A DNA stretch of 64,000 nt, taken from contig JBKQTS010000037.1 in NCBI GenBank assembly GCA_052143075.1, positions 1,913 to 65,912 of the forward strand. Reading direction: 5' to 3'. Below, piece after piece: positions 9,108-18,303 of this stretch; position 1 is the stretch's first letter, and every line of letters begins with the position of its first letter. The position numbers were made by a program, and so were the translations under genes. The notes beneath the pieces were generated by a model, which did no database searches, had not been told where the DNA came from, and was given only the letters and a program-made list of their open reading frames with translations. This DNA comes from Syntrophobacteraceae bacterium (GTDB lineage: Bacteria > Desulfobacterota > Syntrophobacteria > Syntrophobacterales > Syntrophobacteraceae).

Positions 9108-9252
9108 TAAATTTCACCTGCCTTTCAGAATGGCCTCATCCGGGAGGCAATAAAATAATCCGGCCGGCGCATAGCTTCACCTGACCAGAAGAAAGTAAAT
9201 TTATATCAGAGCATAGATTAAATCAAGCAAAATAGCCCTGCGCAAGAGCATT

Positions 9253-11292
9253 TTACTGCGACGCAAGATCGTAGTGCGAGAAGTGCATAGTGAAGGTTGC
9301 CCGCCCCTGGGTTGACGACCGAAGGGCCGTTGAGTAGCCAAACATCTTCGAGAGCGGCACGACCGCCTCTATCACCTGGATCGCCTTTCGCCCCGTTATG
9401 CTTTCGATCCTTCCTTTCCTCATATTTATGTCGCCCAGTACTTCCCCGAGAAATTCGTCGGGCGTGAGGATTTCGACCGACATGTAAGGTTCGAGCAATA
9501 TCGGCGCGCCCTGCTCGAAACCGGTTCTGAAAGCCATCGAGGCAGCCACCCGGAAGGCAAGTTCACTCGATGCCGCTTCATGGAACGTCCCCGTGAAAAC
9601 GCTCGTCTCGACGTCCACGACAGGATAGCCCGAAATAGTCCCGCTGGTCAGAGCATCCTGTATCCCTTGCTGGATTGCAGGGAAAAACATCTCCGGAATG
9701 GATTCGTCGCGCACCTTGTTCACGACTCTATTGCCAAGTCCCCGTTGCCGTGGAGCCAACTGTAGCTCGACCACCGCAAAATGCCTGGTCCCCCCGATCT
9801 CCCGGTCGAATACCCCGACAGCCTCTATCGTATGGCTGATGGTTTCGCGATAGACAACCTGCGGCTTTCCAGCGTTCACAAGGACATGGTAATCCCTTTC
9901 GAGCCTGTTCAGGACGATTTCCAGGTGCAGCTCGCCCATGCCGCTGACGATCATCTGACCCGTATCTGCGCTTTCGACGAACCGGAAGGTAGGGTCCTCT
10001 TCGGAAAGCTTTGCCAGGCTGTCGAAGAGTTTTTCCTGGTCTGCCCTGGTCTGTGCTTCGACCGATATTGAGATTACCGGCTCGTAAACTTCTACGGGCT
10101 CGAGCAGCACAGGCCGATCCGGATCGCAGATGGAATCGCCGGTGGTAGCCGTTTTCAGCCCGAGCACCGCAACCAGGTTGCCGGCCCCCGATCTTTCGAT
10201 TCGTTCCCGTTTGTTTGCGTGCATCTGAAATATGCGGGATACTTTCTCGCGAGCGCCTTTTGAAACGTTCAATACGTCGGCGCCAACCCGGAGCACCCCT
10301 GAGTAAATCCGCAGATAGGTCAGCTTGCGGCCCTGGTCCATGAATATTTTGAACACAAGCGCCGCCAGGGGTTCCCGATCATCGGACTTGCGCTGCTCGA
10401 CAGCACCGGTCTGGGGATTGGTGCCTTCGATCGCCGGTACATCGAGCGGCGAGGGGAGGAAATCGACGATTGCGTCCAAAAGCGGCTGCACGCCTTTGTT
10501 TTTCAAGCAACTGCCGCAAAGCACCGGAACGGCTTTAAGCGCAAGCGTCAGACGCCTTATCACCGGATCGAGCTGCGCTGCGGTAATCTCATCGCCTCCA
10601 AGGTAGCGCTCCATCAGCTCGTCATCGAATTCGCCGAGCTTGGCGACCAGATGTTCCCTGGCCTCGTTTGCCGCAGGGGCAAGAGCAGGGTCGAGCTCCT
10701 CGATTCTGAATTCCTCTCCCAAGGTCTCATCGAGCCAGATTATCTGTTTCATTGACACCAGGTCGATTACGCCCCTGAAGTCCGATTCGAATCCCAGGGG
10801 TAACTGGATGGGCAGCGGGACGGTTTTGAACTTGTCCGCGATCTGGCTCACGGTGTTATTGAAATCGGCCCCTATTCGGTCCATTTTGTTCACAAAAGCT
10901 ATCTTGGGTACGTGATGGCGGTCGGCCTGATGCCAGACGGTCTCCGACTGCGGCTCGACCCCATCGACTCCCGAAAATACGGCTATCGCCCCATCCAGGA
11001 CTCTTAGCGAACGTCCGACTTCGATTGTGAAATCAACATGACCGGGCGTATCTATCAGGTGGATTTCATGGCCGCGCCACTCGCAGGTCGTAACGGCGGA
11101 AGTAATCGTGATGCCCCGCTCCTGCTCCTGTTCCATCCAGTCCATCACGGCGGTGCCATTGTGCACTTCGCCCATCCTGTGAGAACGGCCGGTATAGAAC
11201 AGGATGCGTTCGGTGAGTGTGGTCTTTCCCGCGTCTATGTGCGCTATTATTCCGATATTTCTATATAGTTTCAAATGCTTGGGGTCGGACAT
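9253..11292 (-). CDS. fusA: Elongation factor G (paralogue located outside an str operon)
   Basis: [35 protein letters not shown]…, [16 protein letters not shown] and IDTPGHVDF. About 680 aa in full. The ORF track starts at GTG 11301; ATG 11292 is preferred. Confidence 0.9.
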   Translation of the reverse strand: MSDPKHLKLYRNIGIIAHIDAGKTTLTERILFYTGRSHRMGEVHNGTAVMDWMEQEQERGITITSAVTTCEWRGHEIHLIDTPGHVDFTIEVGRSLRVLDGAIAVFSGVDGVEPQSETVWHQADRHHVPKIAFVNKMDRIGADFNNTVSQIADKFKTVPLPIQLPLGFESDFRGVIDLVSMKQIIWLDETLGEEFRIEELDPALAPAANEAREHLVAKLGEFDDELMERYLGGDEITAAQLDPVIRRLTLALKAVPVLCGSCLKNKGVQPLLDAIVDFLPSPLDVPAIEGTNPQTGAVEQRKSDDREPLAALVFKIFMDQGRKLTYLRIYSGVLRVGADVLNVSKGAREKVSRIFQMHANKRERIERSGAGNLVAVLGLKTATTGDSICDPDRPVLLEPVEVYEPVISISVEAQTRADQEKLFDSLAKLSEEDPTFRFVESADTGQMIVSGMGELHLEIVLNRLERDYHVLVNAGKPQVVYRETISHTIEAVGVFDREIGGTRHFAVVELQLAPRQRGLGNRVVNKVRDESIPEMFFPAIQQGIQDALTSGTISGYPVVDVETSVFTGTFHEAASSELAFRVAASMAFRTGFEQGAPILLEPYMSVEILTPDEFLGEVLGDINMRKGRIESITGRKAIQVIEAVVPLSKMFGYSTALRSSTQGRATFTMHFSHYDLASQ

Positions 11293-11853
11293 AAACTCCA
11301 CTTTCCCGGGTGGATTTGAAGATCATCCGCATCTAATTTTAAACAAGCGCGTAAGTTTAGGGAATCGGGCCATATATGTCAAGCGCGCTACCGGCACGCT
11401 GCGGGAGCCCAAGGGCGGGTGAAGGGGTGAACAGGGAGATTACTTACCTCCCTGGCCGCAAATTGCCATCGCAAATCATCAGCCGGCGGCTGACCCAGGA
11501 ATCCGGTGTAATCACAGGGACTTGAAGAGAAGATTAGAGAAATAACGCAATATCATGATTTGCTGCATAAGAACGAGATTGCGCGAAAAACGATCACTAA
11601 AACGATTCAGTTCAGACTAAGGCTGGACAGGCTCAGCTTAATTGGTCCGAATCAGGCACTATCTTCCGGATATAACTCTCTGCATCCATTAATCAGGCTA
11701 TTTGCCAGATAATCCGGTCTAATCGCATATAATCCCGGATAACCCGGTTTGATTTTTCCAGACTGAACTGTTAAAACCCCCTCTGTCCTATCACTCTTCC
11801 GGGTATCGTGAGGGCCATAGGAGCCTCTTTGAAAAATGTGAGGAGAAACCAGT

Positions 11854-12897
11854 ATGGCGCCTGATTCAAGCCTCCACAGGCACCATGCGGCGGGATCCGA
11901 AGCAGGGCTTCCCAGTTTAGTGAAGATCGCTGCTTTACTTCTACTTTCCCTGTTTATTTTCCACTTCCCAGTTCAGGCAGGGGCAGAGAGCACGGAAATT
12001 CCCGGTCCGCTGGCAGCGCTGATGTTGCCCGGCGACGCACCGAAAAAGGATATTTCCTCAACGCCTCTCACCCGGCCCACTCCTACTGATGTTACTATAG
12101 GGACCCCCGCGGTGCTGTGGAGAAACAGAATCCAGATACCCCTACATGAACCACTTGTTGAGAAATACATCCGTTTCTATCAGGGAGAAGGCCGAAATAC
12201 TTTTTCGGACGCGATGGAAAAGGCAAAGACATGTCTCCCTCGAATGACCGAGATTCTGGAGAGCCAGGGAGTACCGGCTGAAATGGTTTCCATTGTGTTT
12301 GTTGAGAGCCGTTTCGAAAAGAATGCGTCAAATCGAGGTGCGGGTGGTTATTGGCAGATGATGGCGGCAACAGCGAGGAACATGGGATTGCGTGTCGACC
12401 GGTGGGTGGATGAGAGACGAGACCCCATCAAGTCGACCAAAGCTGCCGCCAAATACCTGAAAACACTTTACGAACAGTACGACTCATGGTTGTTGGCCCT
12501 TGCCGCATACAATGCGGGAACCAGGCCGATTAATTGCGTGGCGAGAAAGTGCCGCGTAAAGGACGGGGAGCTTTATGGGCGAAGTATGCCCGCGTATTCG
12601 GCAGTTTATATTTCAAAAGTGCTGGCCGCGATCCATATAATACGCGAGCCGGAAAAGTACGGGTTTGAGGATCCCAACTTTTGCAGGCCTACGGACTTCG
12701 ATCCGGTTTTGATCAATACGCCTCTGCAACTCGAAGAGGTGGCACAATGGATCGATGTACCCGTCAGTCGTTTACAGGAACTCAATCCGTCGCTGCGACA
12801 GGATGCGATGCCCCCCGGTTCCGGATTTGCACTGCGTTTGCCTCAGGGTTCCAGAGAAAAGTTCGACCTCGCCTACGAGGTCTATACCCGAAGGTAA
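11854..12897 (+). CDS. Lytic transglycosylase (SLT domain) with C-terminal LysM-like segment, MltD-like
   Basis: N-terminal signal/TM segment. SLT catalytic block VFVESRFEKNASNRGAGGYWQMM…AAYNAG. C-terminal LQLEEVAQWIDVPVSRLQELNPSL is LysM-like. Confidence 0.75.
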   Translation: MAPDSSLHRHHAAGSEAGLPSLVKIAALLLLSLFIFHFPVQAGAESTEIPGPLAALMLPGDAPKKDISSTPLTRPTPTDVTIGTPAVLWRNRIQIPLHEPLVEKYIRFYQGEGRNTFSDAMEKAKTCLPRMTEILESQGVPAEMVSIVFVESRFEKNASNRGAGGYWQMMAATARNMGLRVDRWVDERRDPIKSTKAAAKYLKTLYEQYDSWLLALAAYNAGTRPINCVARKCRVKDGELYGRSMPAYSAVYISKVLAAIHIIREPEKYGFEDPNFCRPTDFDPVLINTPLQLEEVAQWIDVPVSRLQELNPSLRQDAMPPGSGFALRLPQGSREKFDLAYEVYTRR

Positions 12898-12961
12898 GCC
12901 TCTAAAAAGGGGACTTTGGCGCCTCACGAAACAATCTTCACAACATGGATAAATTGCCCGC

Positions 12962-13147
12962 ATGAGTCTTAGGATGGTGGCTGTCGAGCTTTATCGGGTC
13001 ATGAAAAAGATCGATGAGCTCGAAAAGGAGCTGGAGAGTCTGGAGGCCGGGTCACAGCAAAGACTGGAAATCGAGAGGGACCTCAGAGAAGCCAGGGTCC
13101 AAAAGGACCGGCTGAAAAAAATGATCGAGGGTGCCAAAAACGATTAG
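12962..13147 (+). CDS. Hypothetical small coiled-coil protein (61 aa)
   Basis: Charged heptad-like sequence (KKIDELEKELESLEAGSQQRLEIERDLREARVQKDRLKKMIEG), followed by a terminator. No clear SD. Confidence 0.4.
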   Translation: MSLRMVAVELYRVMKKIDELEKELESLEAGSQQRLEIERDLREARVQKDRLKKMIEGAKND

Positions 13148-13193
13148 CCGACCATGACCGGCAACCAAGATTTTCGATGCCACAGAAAGATTA

Positions 13194-13227
13194 AAGGCCC
13201 TCTACCCCTTGGAGGGCCTTTTCTTTT
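13194..13227. terminator. Bidirectional-looking intrinsic terminator between convergent genes
   Basis: Stem aaggccctc (13194-13202) pairs with gagggcctt (13212-13220) and is followed by ttcttttggg. A short A-run precedes it, which would serve the opposite strand. Confidence 0.65.
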
Positions 13228-13257
13228 GGGTTGCCACAATTTACGCTGGCAATCTCA

Positions 13258-14196
13258 TTAAATGCCGGTTTCTTCGGTAAAACTCACTTCGAAAACATCC
13301 AGGTCTCTTCCGATTCTAATGGACTGAAATTCTTTGCGAGCCTCTTCTTCGAGTGTTACGAGTTCGCTGTTTTCATACCTGGGGCTTATATGAACGAGGA
13401 CCGCCCTGGCGGCGCCGGATTTCCTGGCAATGCCCGCTGCTTCGGCAACCGTCATGTGGCCTTTTACATCGGCGTGTTCGGAGTGTTCGGAGAGAAACAT
13501 GCCTTCCAGAAAGGCCAGGTCTGCTTTTTTGCACAGAGAATAGACGCCGGGGGCGGGCCTGGTGTCCACCACGAAGGCGATATGCCTGCCCCTTCTGGCA
13601 GGCCCCAGCACATCGGAGGGTTGCACTGTCCTCGCTGAGGCAGTCTTCACGCTTTCGCCTCTTTGGAGCTTCCCCCAGAGCGGCCCCATCGGTATTCCAA
13701 GGGTCTGTGCCCGCGCGGGGTTGAATTTCCCCGGCCTGTCCAGCTCCTCGAACCTGTATCCAAGGCAAAACCGGGTATGTTTGACCGGTTGCCACAGAAT
13801 CCTGGCCTGGCCGTCCCGGTATGCCACATCAGTCTTATCTGAGGACCATTCGGTGATGTTTATCGGGAAGTTGACCTTGAACTCAAGGGTCTTTTGACAC
13901 TGGGTGACGAATTCCCGCGTTCCGGGGGGACCGATGATTGTAAGAGGGTCCGGGTCCTCCATCTGGGCCCGGAGCATAATCATACCGGGAATCCCCAGGC
14001 AGTGGTCGGCATGCAGGTGGGTTACGGCGATCAGCTTCAGCCCACGCACTCCGAGCCGCGCCCTTTTCCAGTTGATCTGCGTGCCCTCCCCGGCATCGAA
14101 GAGATATATAAGGCCATTGAGCCTTACCGCCATGGAAGAAAGCATCCTATAGGGCATCGGCATCATACCGCCGGTCCCGATCAATACGCATTCCAA
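13258..14196 (-). CDS. rnz: Ribonuclease Z / MBL-fold metallo-hydrolase
   Basis: 312 aa, with LIGTGG near the N-terminus, the metallo-beta-lactamase motif THLHADHCLG and a C-terminal …LVHISPRY. Length and layout fit short-form RNase Z. Confidence 0.75.
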   Translation of the reverse strand: MECVLIGTGGMMPMPYRMLSSMAVRLNGLIYLFDAGEGTQINWKRARLGVRGLKLIAVTHLHADHCLGIPGMIMLRAQMEDPDPLTIIGPPGTREFVTQCQKTLEFKVNFPINITEWSSDKTDVAYRDGQARILWQPVKHTRFCLGYRFEELDRPGKFNPARAQTLGIPMGPLWGKLQRGESVKTASARTVQPSDVLGPARRGRHIAFVVDTRPAPGVYSLCKKADLAFLEGMFLSEHSEHADVKGHMTVAEAAGIARKSGAARAVLVHISPRYENSELVTLEEEARKEFQSIRIGRDLDVFEVSFTEETGI

Positions 14197-14613
14197 TTCG
14201 CGGTCCTTATCGCCAGCCTGAGTCAGGGTAGAGCGGTCGATCTTGCTTCGTTTTGCCGTAATCGTTCCGGCACCCTGATTTGAGTTTCAAACGGTCCCCC
14301 CGCATGCAACCGGCAGTGCCGGCCCGACAAACATTTCCAGTCCACCCCGAGCAACCAGGATGCCGAAGATACAAATTTATTCCGAAACATCGCGCGTGTC
14401 CACGGAAAGAGCCCCCTAAAGCAAGACTTAGTAACAAATAATTCGCCATTCAAGCAACGCCTCAAGGTCGAGCAAATAAAGAGAAGGCGGGCTCCGAGGG
14501 GTATCTAACGAAGAAAATCGGCGAACGGAGGCGTTTTGATGGAATTTTTTCCTCCTGTAAAGTATCATTGAATCACACTGGATTAGAAACCCCACTTAGA
14601 AGGGAGCACAGAA

Positions 14614-15333
14614 ATGGCCGATGAAAACGCGGTTTGCAGCGGTTACGAAAAAATGCCGGTCAGTCGGCTCGAGCCTGGAGAGATGGGAGTTCTACTGGCT
14701 CGGGCCGGCGCAGGCAAAACAGCCTGCCTCACTCATCTTGCTCTGGGATACCTCCTCGACAGGGAGCCTGTTCTTCATGTTTGCGTCGATGTGGTCCCGG
14801 ACAAAATAAAGCTCTGGTACCACAGGCTGCTCAAAGATATCTTCTCGAATCAGCCCGAATGTGCGGTTAACGACCTACAGCACTCTATCGAACCGCTCAG
14901 GTTTATAATGTCATTCCTCAACCAGACATTCAGTCCGGAAAAGTTGGAGACAAGCATCGATAATCTCAAGCAACAGGCTAAGTTTGTGCCTGCGCTCATC
15001 ATTCTGGACGGCCTGGACTTTGGCCGTGCCCGTGCACTTTTCGAAAAGATAGGCGGTATCGCCCGAAGGCACTCGGCATCGGTCTGGGTCTCAGCCAGAT
15101 CTCATCGCCATATACCGGATGTAAATGAAAGAGGCATCCCCTACCCCATCGACGCCATGGACGATCTGTTCAGCTCCGTTTTCATCCTCGAGCCGGAAAG
15201 CGACGGTATCAGCCTGAAGGCGTTGAAGGAAAAAGGCCATTATAATCCGGCTGCGGATTCGGGGTTTTTACTTGATCCCAATACGTTTCTGTTGCTGAAA
15301 AAATCCCACCTCGCGAAGCGTGGAGATCGATGA
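14614..15333 (+). CDS. KaiC/RecA-superfamily-like P-loop ATPase domain protein (family unassigned)
   Basis: Walker A LLARAGAGKTACLTHLAL. Walker-B-like hydrophobic strand ending in D (PALIILDGLDF). Good SD (GAAGGGAG) upstream of ATG 14614. No closer family was recognised. Confidence 0.55.
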   Translation: MADENAVCSGYEKMPVSRLEPGEMGVLLARAGAGKTACLTHLALGYLLDREPVLHVCVDVVPDKIKLWYHRLLKDIFSNQPECAVNDLQHSIEPLRFIMSFLNQTFSPEKLETSIDNLKQQAKFVPALIILDGLDFGRARALFEKIGGIARRHSASVWVSARSHRHIPDVNERGIPYPIDAMDDLFSSVFILEPESDGISLKALKEKGHYNPAADSGFLLDPNTFLLLKKSHLAKRGDR

Positions 15334-16063
15334 GGTTTGCTATTCTTTGATGCATGACGATCTGGTCACCAGTCTGACGCGACAGGTAAAAGAGGAGGTA
15401 ATAGAGAACTACCTGCTGGAGCGTCGTTTGATAGAGCTTCAAATCGAACACCTCAACACACAGGCTGCTGAAATCCGGAGTCTGGCCTGGGCGGTCGGCC
15501 TGCGGCTGGCAAGGCTTTCAGGTCTCATGATTCAGCCGGACATGCTAAGCCGGCTCCAGAAACTCCTTGGAATCAGGCCGTGCTACTTCTGGACTTCCTG
15601 TCTCAATGTGAAATTCAAACGGACAGTGCGGCTGATCAGGGTGAGGGCGCTGACCCAAAAAGCAAAATTCCGTAAGGTGGTCCTCGAATCCTACTCCCGC
15701 CTTTTTTATTGGATGATACAATATAAGGAGCGGTACGAAGAACTCGCAAACGAGTGCTCGGCAGTCAACAGGAATATCAATACCTTCCAGAAGAATTTCG
15801 ACCTGCTTTCGATACTCAACTTCCTCAGGAATCTGGACATGCGCGGGATCGAAAGAAAGAAGATCCTGGGGGAAAACTTTACAGCGATGGAAATGGCCGA
15901 GTTGGACAAAAATCTCTATATCAGCCCTGTATCGATGGAAAAACTCGAAGCCTCCGCCCCTCTGGATCTCCCTGAGCCCGGTGCAATCCGGGGGGAGTTC
16001 ACCAACCTCGCCGAGGAAATATTTCAGCGTTACCGGGAGGAGGTGAAAAAACTCCTCAGGTAA
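15320..16063 (+). CDS. Hypothetical helical/coiled-coil protein coupled to the P-loop gene
   Basis: 247-aa ORF. GTG 15320 overlaps the upstream stop (15331-15333) by 14 nt; the alternative start is ATG 15350. Long predicted helices (…VKEEVIENYLLERRLIELQIEHLNTQAAEIRSL…, …YKERYEELANECSAVNRNINTFQKNFDLL…). No motif recognised. Confidence 0.5.
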   Translation: MEIDEVCYSLMHDDLVTSLTRQVKEEVIENYLLERRLIELQIEHLNTQAAEIRSLAWAVGLRLARLSGLMIQPDMLSRLQKLLGIRPCYFWTSCLNVKFKRTVRLIRVRALTQKAKFRKVVLESYSRLFYWMIQYKERYEELANECSAVNRNINTFQKNFDLLSILNFLRNLDMRGIERKKILGENFTAMEMAELDKNLYISPVSMEKLEASAPLDLPEPGAIRGEFTNLAEEIFQRYREEVKKLLR

Positions 16064-16309
16064 TTCTCCACACCCGCCGTCACGCTCCAACTGAAAAACC
16101 CGATTTCCGATTTGACGCTCCGCCCTTTTCGGTATATCTCTCCAGCTTGCGGTTTGGGGGCTCAACAGTTAAACTCAAAGGTAAGGCGCTTTTTGCCTGG
16201 ATAAAGCCGAAGCGCTCACGGCGGTGACAATTGTTGTTATCGCCCTCGGTACGACATATCTTCGGAGAGCCAAAATCGACCACTCAATGATTCGGTTTTT
16301 GGAGGAGAG

Positions 16310-17362
16310 TTGGTAAGAATAGCCACTCGGAAGAGGTTCTGGATTGCCGCTGTCTTCGGCATGACCGTTCTCTTCTATACCGTCAAGCAGGCCAACCTTC
16401 ACAAGTTTGCGCAACATCTGGGCGACATAAGCCCTTTTTGGGCCGTTGCCGTGGCGGCGTCGGCTTTTTTAAGCTATGCATGCGTTGCAGGAGTTCTTGA
16501 CAAACTGCTTAGAGGAATAGGTCTGCCTATCTCCTTTGGGTCCTGTTTCAAGATTTCGCTGTTGTCCTGCACTATCAACTACCTGATGTCAGTAGCCGGA
16601 CTGAGCGGGGTGGCTGCAAAGGTCTACCTGCTCTCTCGCGAGAAAATCCCGCCAAGCAACACTCTCTCGGTGTCGATCATACACGGCTTTCTCACAAACA
16701 CTATCGCGGTCCTGTTCATCTACCTGGGATTTTTCTATCTCTACAGCCGGCACCAGATAACCGACCGCAACGAGGAAGTGTTCGGCGTTCTGGTCCTGCT
16801 CATTGCTTTCCTGCTGACCTGGCTAACCATCCAGACAATCATTCATGAGGCTTTCCGAAAGAAGCTGTGGCAAATCGCCCTCAACCTAGTGATTGCCCTT
16901 TGCGCAAGGATTCGTAGGCCGCACTGGATCCGGCGTGAGAGAGCAGAGGCTTTTTTTGAAAACTTCAATGCGAGCCTGAACATGATCATGAAGAACCGGG
17001 GAGTGCTGCTGTTCCCGGCATCCCTTGCCCTTCTCGACTGGCTGTTTATGTTCCTTTGCCTGAAGTTTTCGTTTATCGCGATACACTACCCCGTAAGCAA
17101 TCAAGTTTTGATGGTGGGATTTTCCGTTGGTCTTTTCATGAGCCTGTTTTCGCTTACCCCTGCATCGATCGGGCTCGTGGAAGGCTCGATGGCGTGGTCG
17201 TTCTACCTGATGGACCTCGATTACGAGTTTTGTCTAATGGCGATCCTCATCTACCGGATAACCTACTATTTCGCCCCTATCGCAGTGAGCATTTTCTTTT
17301 TCAAACGATTCTTCCCGCCGTCCGACCTTGCCGAGCCAGGCAAGAAACATAAAAAAGCATAG
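16310..17362 (+). CDS. Flippase-like / lysylphosphatidylglycerol-synthase-TM-region (UPF0104) family membrane protein
   Basis: 350 aa with about 8 TM helices and a central basic loop (RIRRPHWIRRERAEAFFENFNASL). This topology is typical of UPF0104. TTG start with GGAGG 4 nt upstream; the start position is uncertain. Confidence 0.5.
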   Translation: MVRIATRKRFWIAAVFGMTVLFYTVKQANLHKFAQHLGDISPFWAVAVAASAFLSYACVAGVLDKLLRGIGLPISFGSCFKISLLSCTINYLMSVAGLSGVAAKVYLLSREKIPPSNTLSVSIIHGFLTNTIAVLFIYLGFFYLYSRHQITDRNEEVFGVLVLLIAFLLTWLTIQTIIHEAFRKKLWQIALNLVIALCARIRRPHWIRRERAEAFFENFNASLNMIMKNRGVLLFPASLALLDWLFMFLCLKFSFIAIHYPVSNQVLMVGFSVGLFMSLFSLTPASIGLVEGSMAWSFYLMDLDYEFCLMAILIYRITYYFAPIAVSIFFFKRFFPPSDLAEPGKKHKKA

Positions 17363-17620
17363 CAGCTCCGGCTTTCCGGCCTGCATCGTCTCTACTTCAC
17401 CTACAAGGCCCTGACTTTTCGAACAAAACATCGTAGTCTGTTCCTGGAAGGCCAGTACCTCCCCTTGCCCGGTTACGGGGAAAGAAAGGACAATGTCGTT
17501 TCTTTTGCAAGACGCAAAGACGATCGATGGGCGCTGGTCGCAGTGCCCGGGCTGGTGGCGAAGATGGCCTCTCCCGGTGAGCATCCCCTTGGGAAAAAAG
17601 TGGGGGGGAAAGCCTGCTAA
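17363..17620 (+). pseudogene. 3'-terminal relic of a maltooligosyl-trehalose synthase (TreY-like) gene
   Basis: Hand translation gives …LHRLYFTYKALTFRTKHRSLFLEGQYLPLPGYGERKDNVVSFARRKDDRWALVAVPGLVAKMASPGEHPLGKKVGGKAC*. This matches the remembered TreY C-terminal pattern (lR…p.lF..G.Y.PL…g…..vvaFaRr…..lvvvPRL). It has no start codon and begins right after the upstream gene's stop, in the same frame. Confidence 0.55.
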
Positions 17621-17799
17621 ACAGTTATAATCCGCAGATTACGCAGATGGCCGCAGATGGTGGAACAGTGCCCAGGTGAGCTCGAGGCCCCTGCACGGCC
17701 TTCATTACCGGTAATACCAATTGCGTCCAAGATGGTGCCGATGAATGACAAAGAAAGTGCGAGTTGCCCCCAACTTAGACATTGCAGGGCCATTTAGGA

Positions 17800-17905
17800 G
17801 CGGCGCTGCCTCACACGCTTGCGCGTGTGGCAGAAATCCCGGGGGCGCGGGGGAAAGTCCCCCGCTCTTTTATTTAGTTCAATCTTGAACGCAACTCCGT
17901 ATTAC
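17800..17905 (+). repeat. GC-rich hairpin repeat, family 1, copy C
   Basis: gcgggggaaagtcccccgctctttt matches copy A. cttgaacgcaactccgtatta matches the right end of copy B (cttgaacgcaactcggtatta). Confidence 0.6.
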
Positions 17906-17919
17906 AGGGGAGATCAGAC

Positions 17920-18150
17920 TTGAAAACTGCCATGGATAAGCCGGTCGATACTGGTCCTTCGCCGGGGGATAAGGCCGAAGCGGTCCTGCACAAGGTTAAA
18001 TTTGAGGTCTTCGGCGAAGAGATGCTCGAAAAGCAGGTCAAATCCAGCGGCAGCAGCGGCAGGGTTTACCTGCCTTCAGACTGGGTCGGCTGCCGGGTGA
18101 AGGTGATAAAAACAGGTTGTGGCGGGACGGGCTCAGGCTATGAAGACTGA
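17920..18150 (+). CDS. DUF2080-like small protein ('putative transposon-encoded protein' family, AbrB-like C-terminus)
   Basis: …KVKFEVFGEEMLEKQVKSSGSSGRVYLPSDWVGCRVKVIK… follows the remembered DUF2080 pattern (f.v.Ge..iek.Vk..GnSgrvyvPk.W.Gk.VkVi). TTG 17920 has GGGGAG 7 nt upstream; ATG 17932 is an alternative start. Confidence 0.5.
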   Translation: MKTAMDKPVDTGPSPGDKAEAVLHKVKFEVFGEEMLEKQVKSSGSSGRVYLPSDWVGCRVKVIKTGCGGTGSGYED

Positions 18151-18303
18151 AGCGGGGAGGGGGCGATTGCCACCGGACGGTTTATACATCCCTCGAAGAT
18201 GCCTGATCGACCCAGCCACACCATGGCGTGTGTGGCTGGGTTAGGATCGTCGCCCGAATATATAGCTGATATCGCCTTTTAACGAATACCATTTAGTTGG
18301 GAA

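Noticed and set aside
10775-10800. tRNA T-loop-like string (ttcgaatccc); a similar gggttcaagtc occurs near 28845
   Set aside because: Both lie inside well-supported coding sequences (fusA, hicB), and no acceptor or anticodon arms could be built around them. I recognised no tRNA or rRNA gene anywhere in the window.
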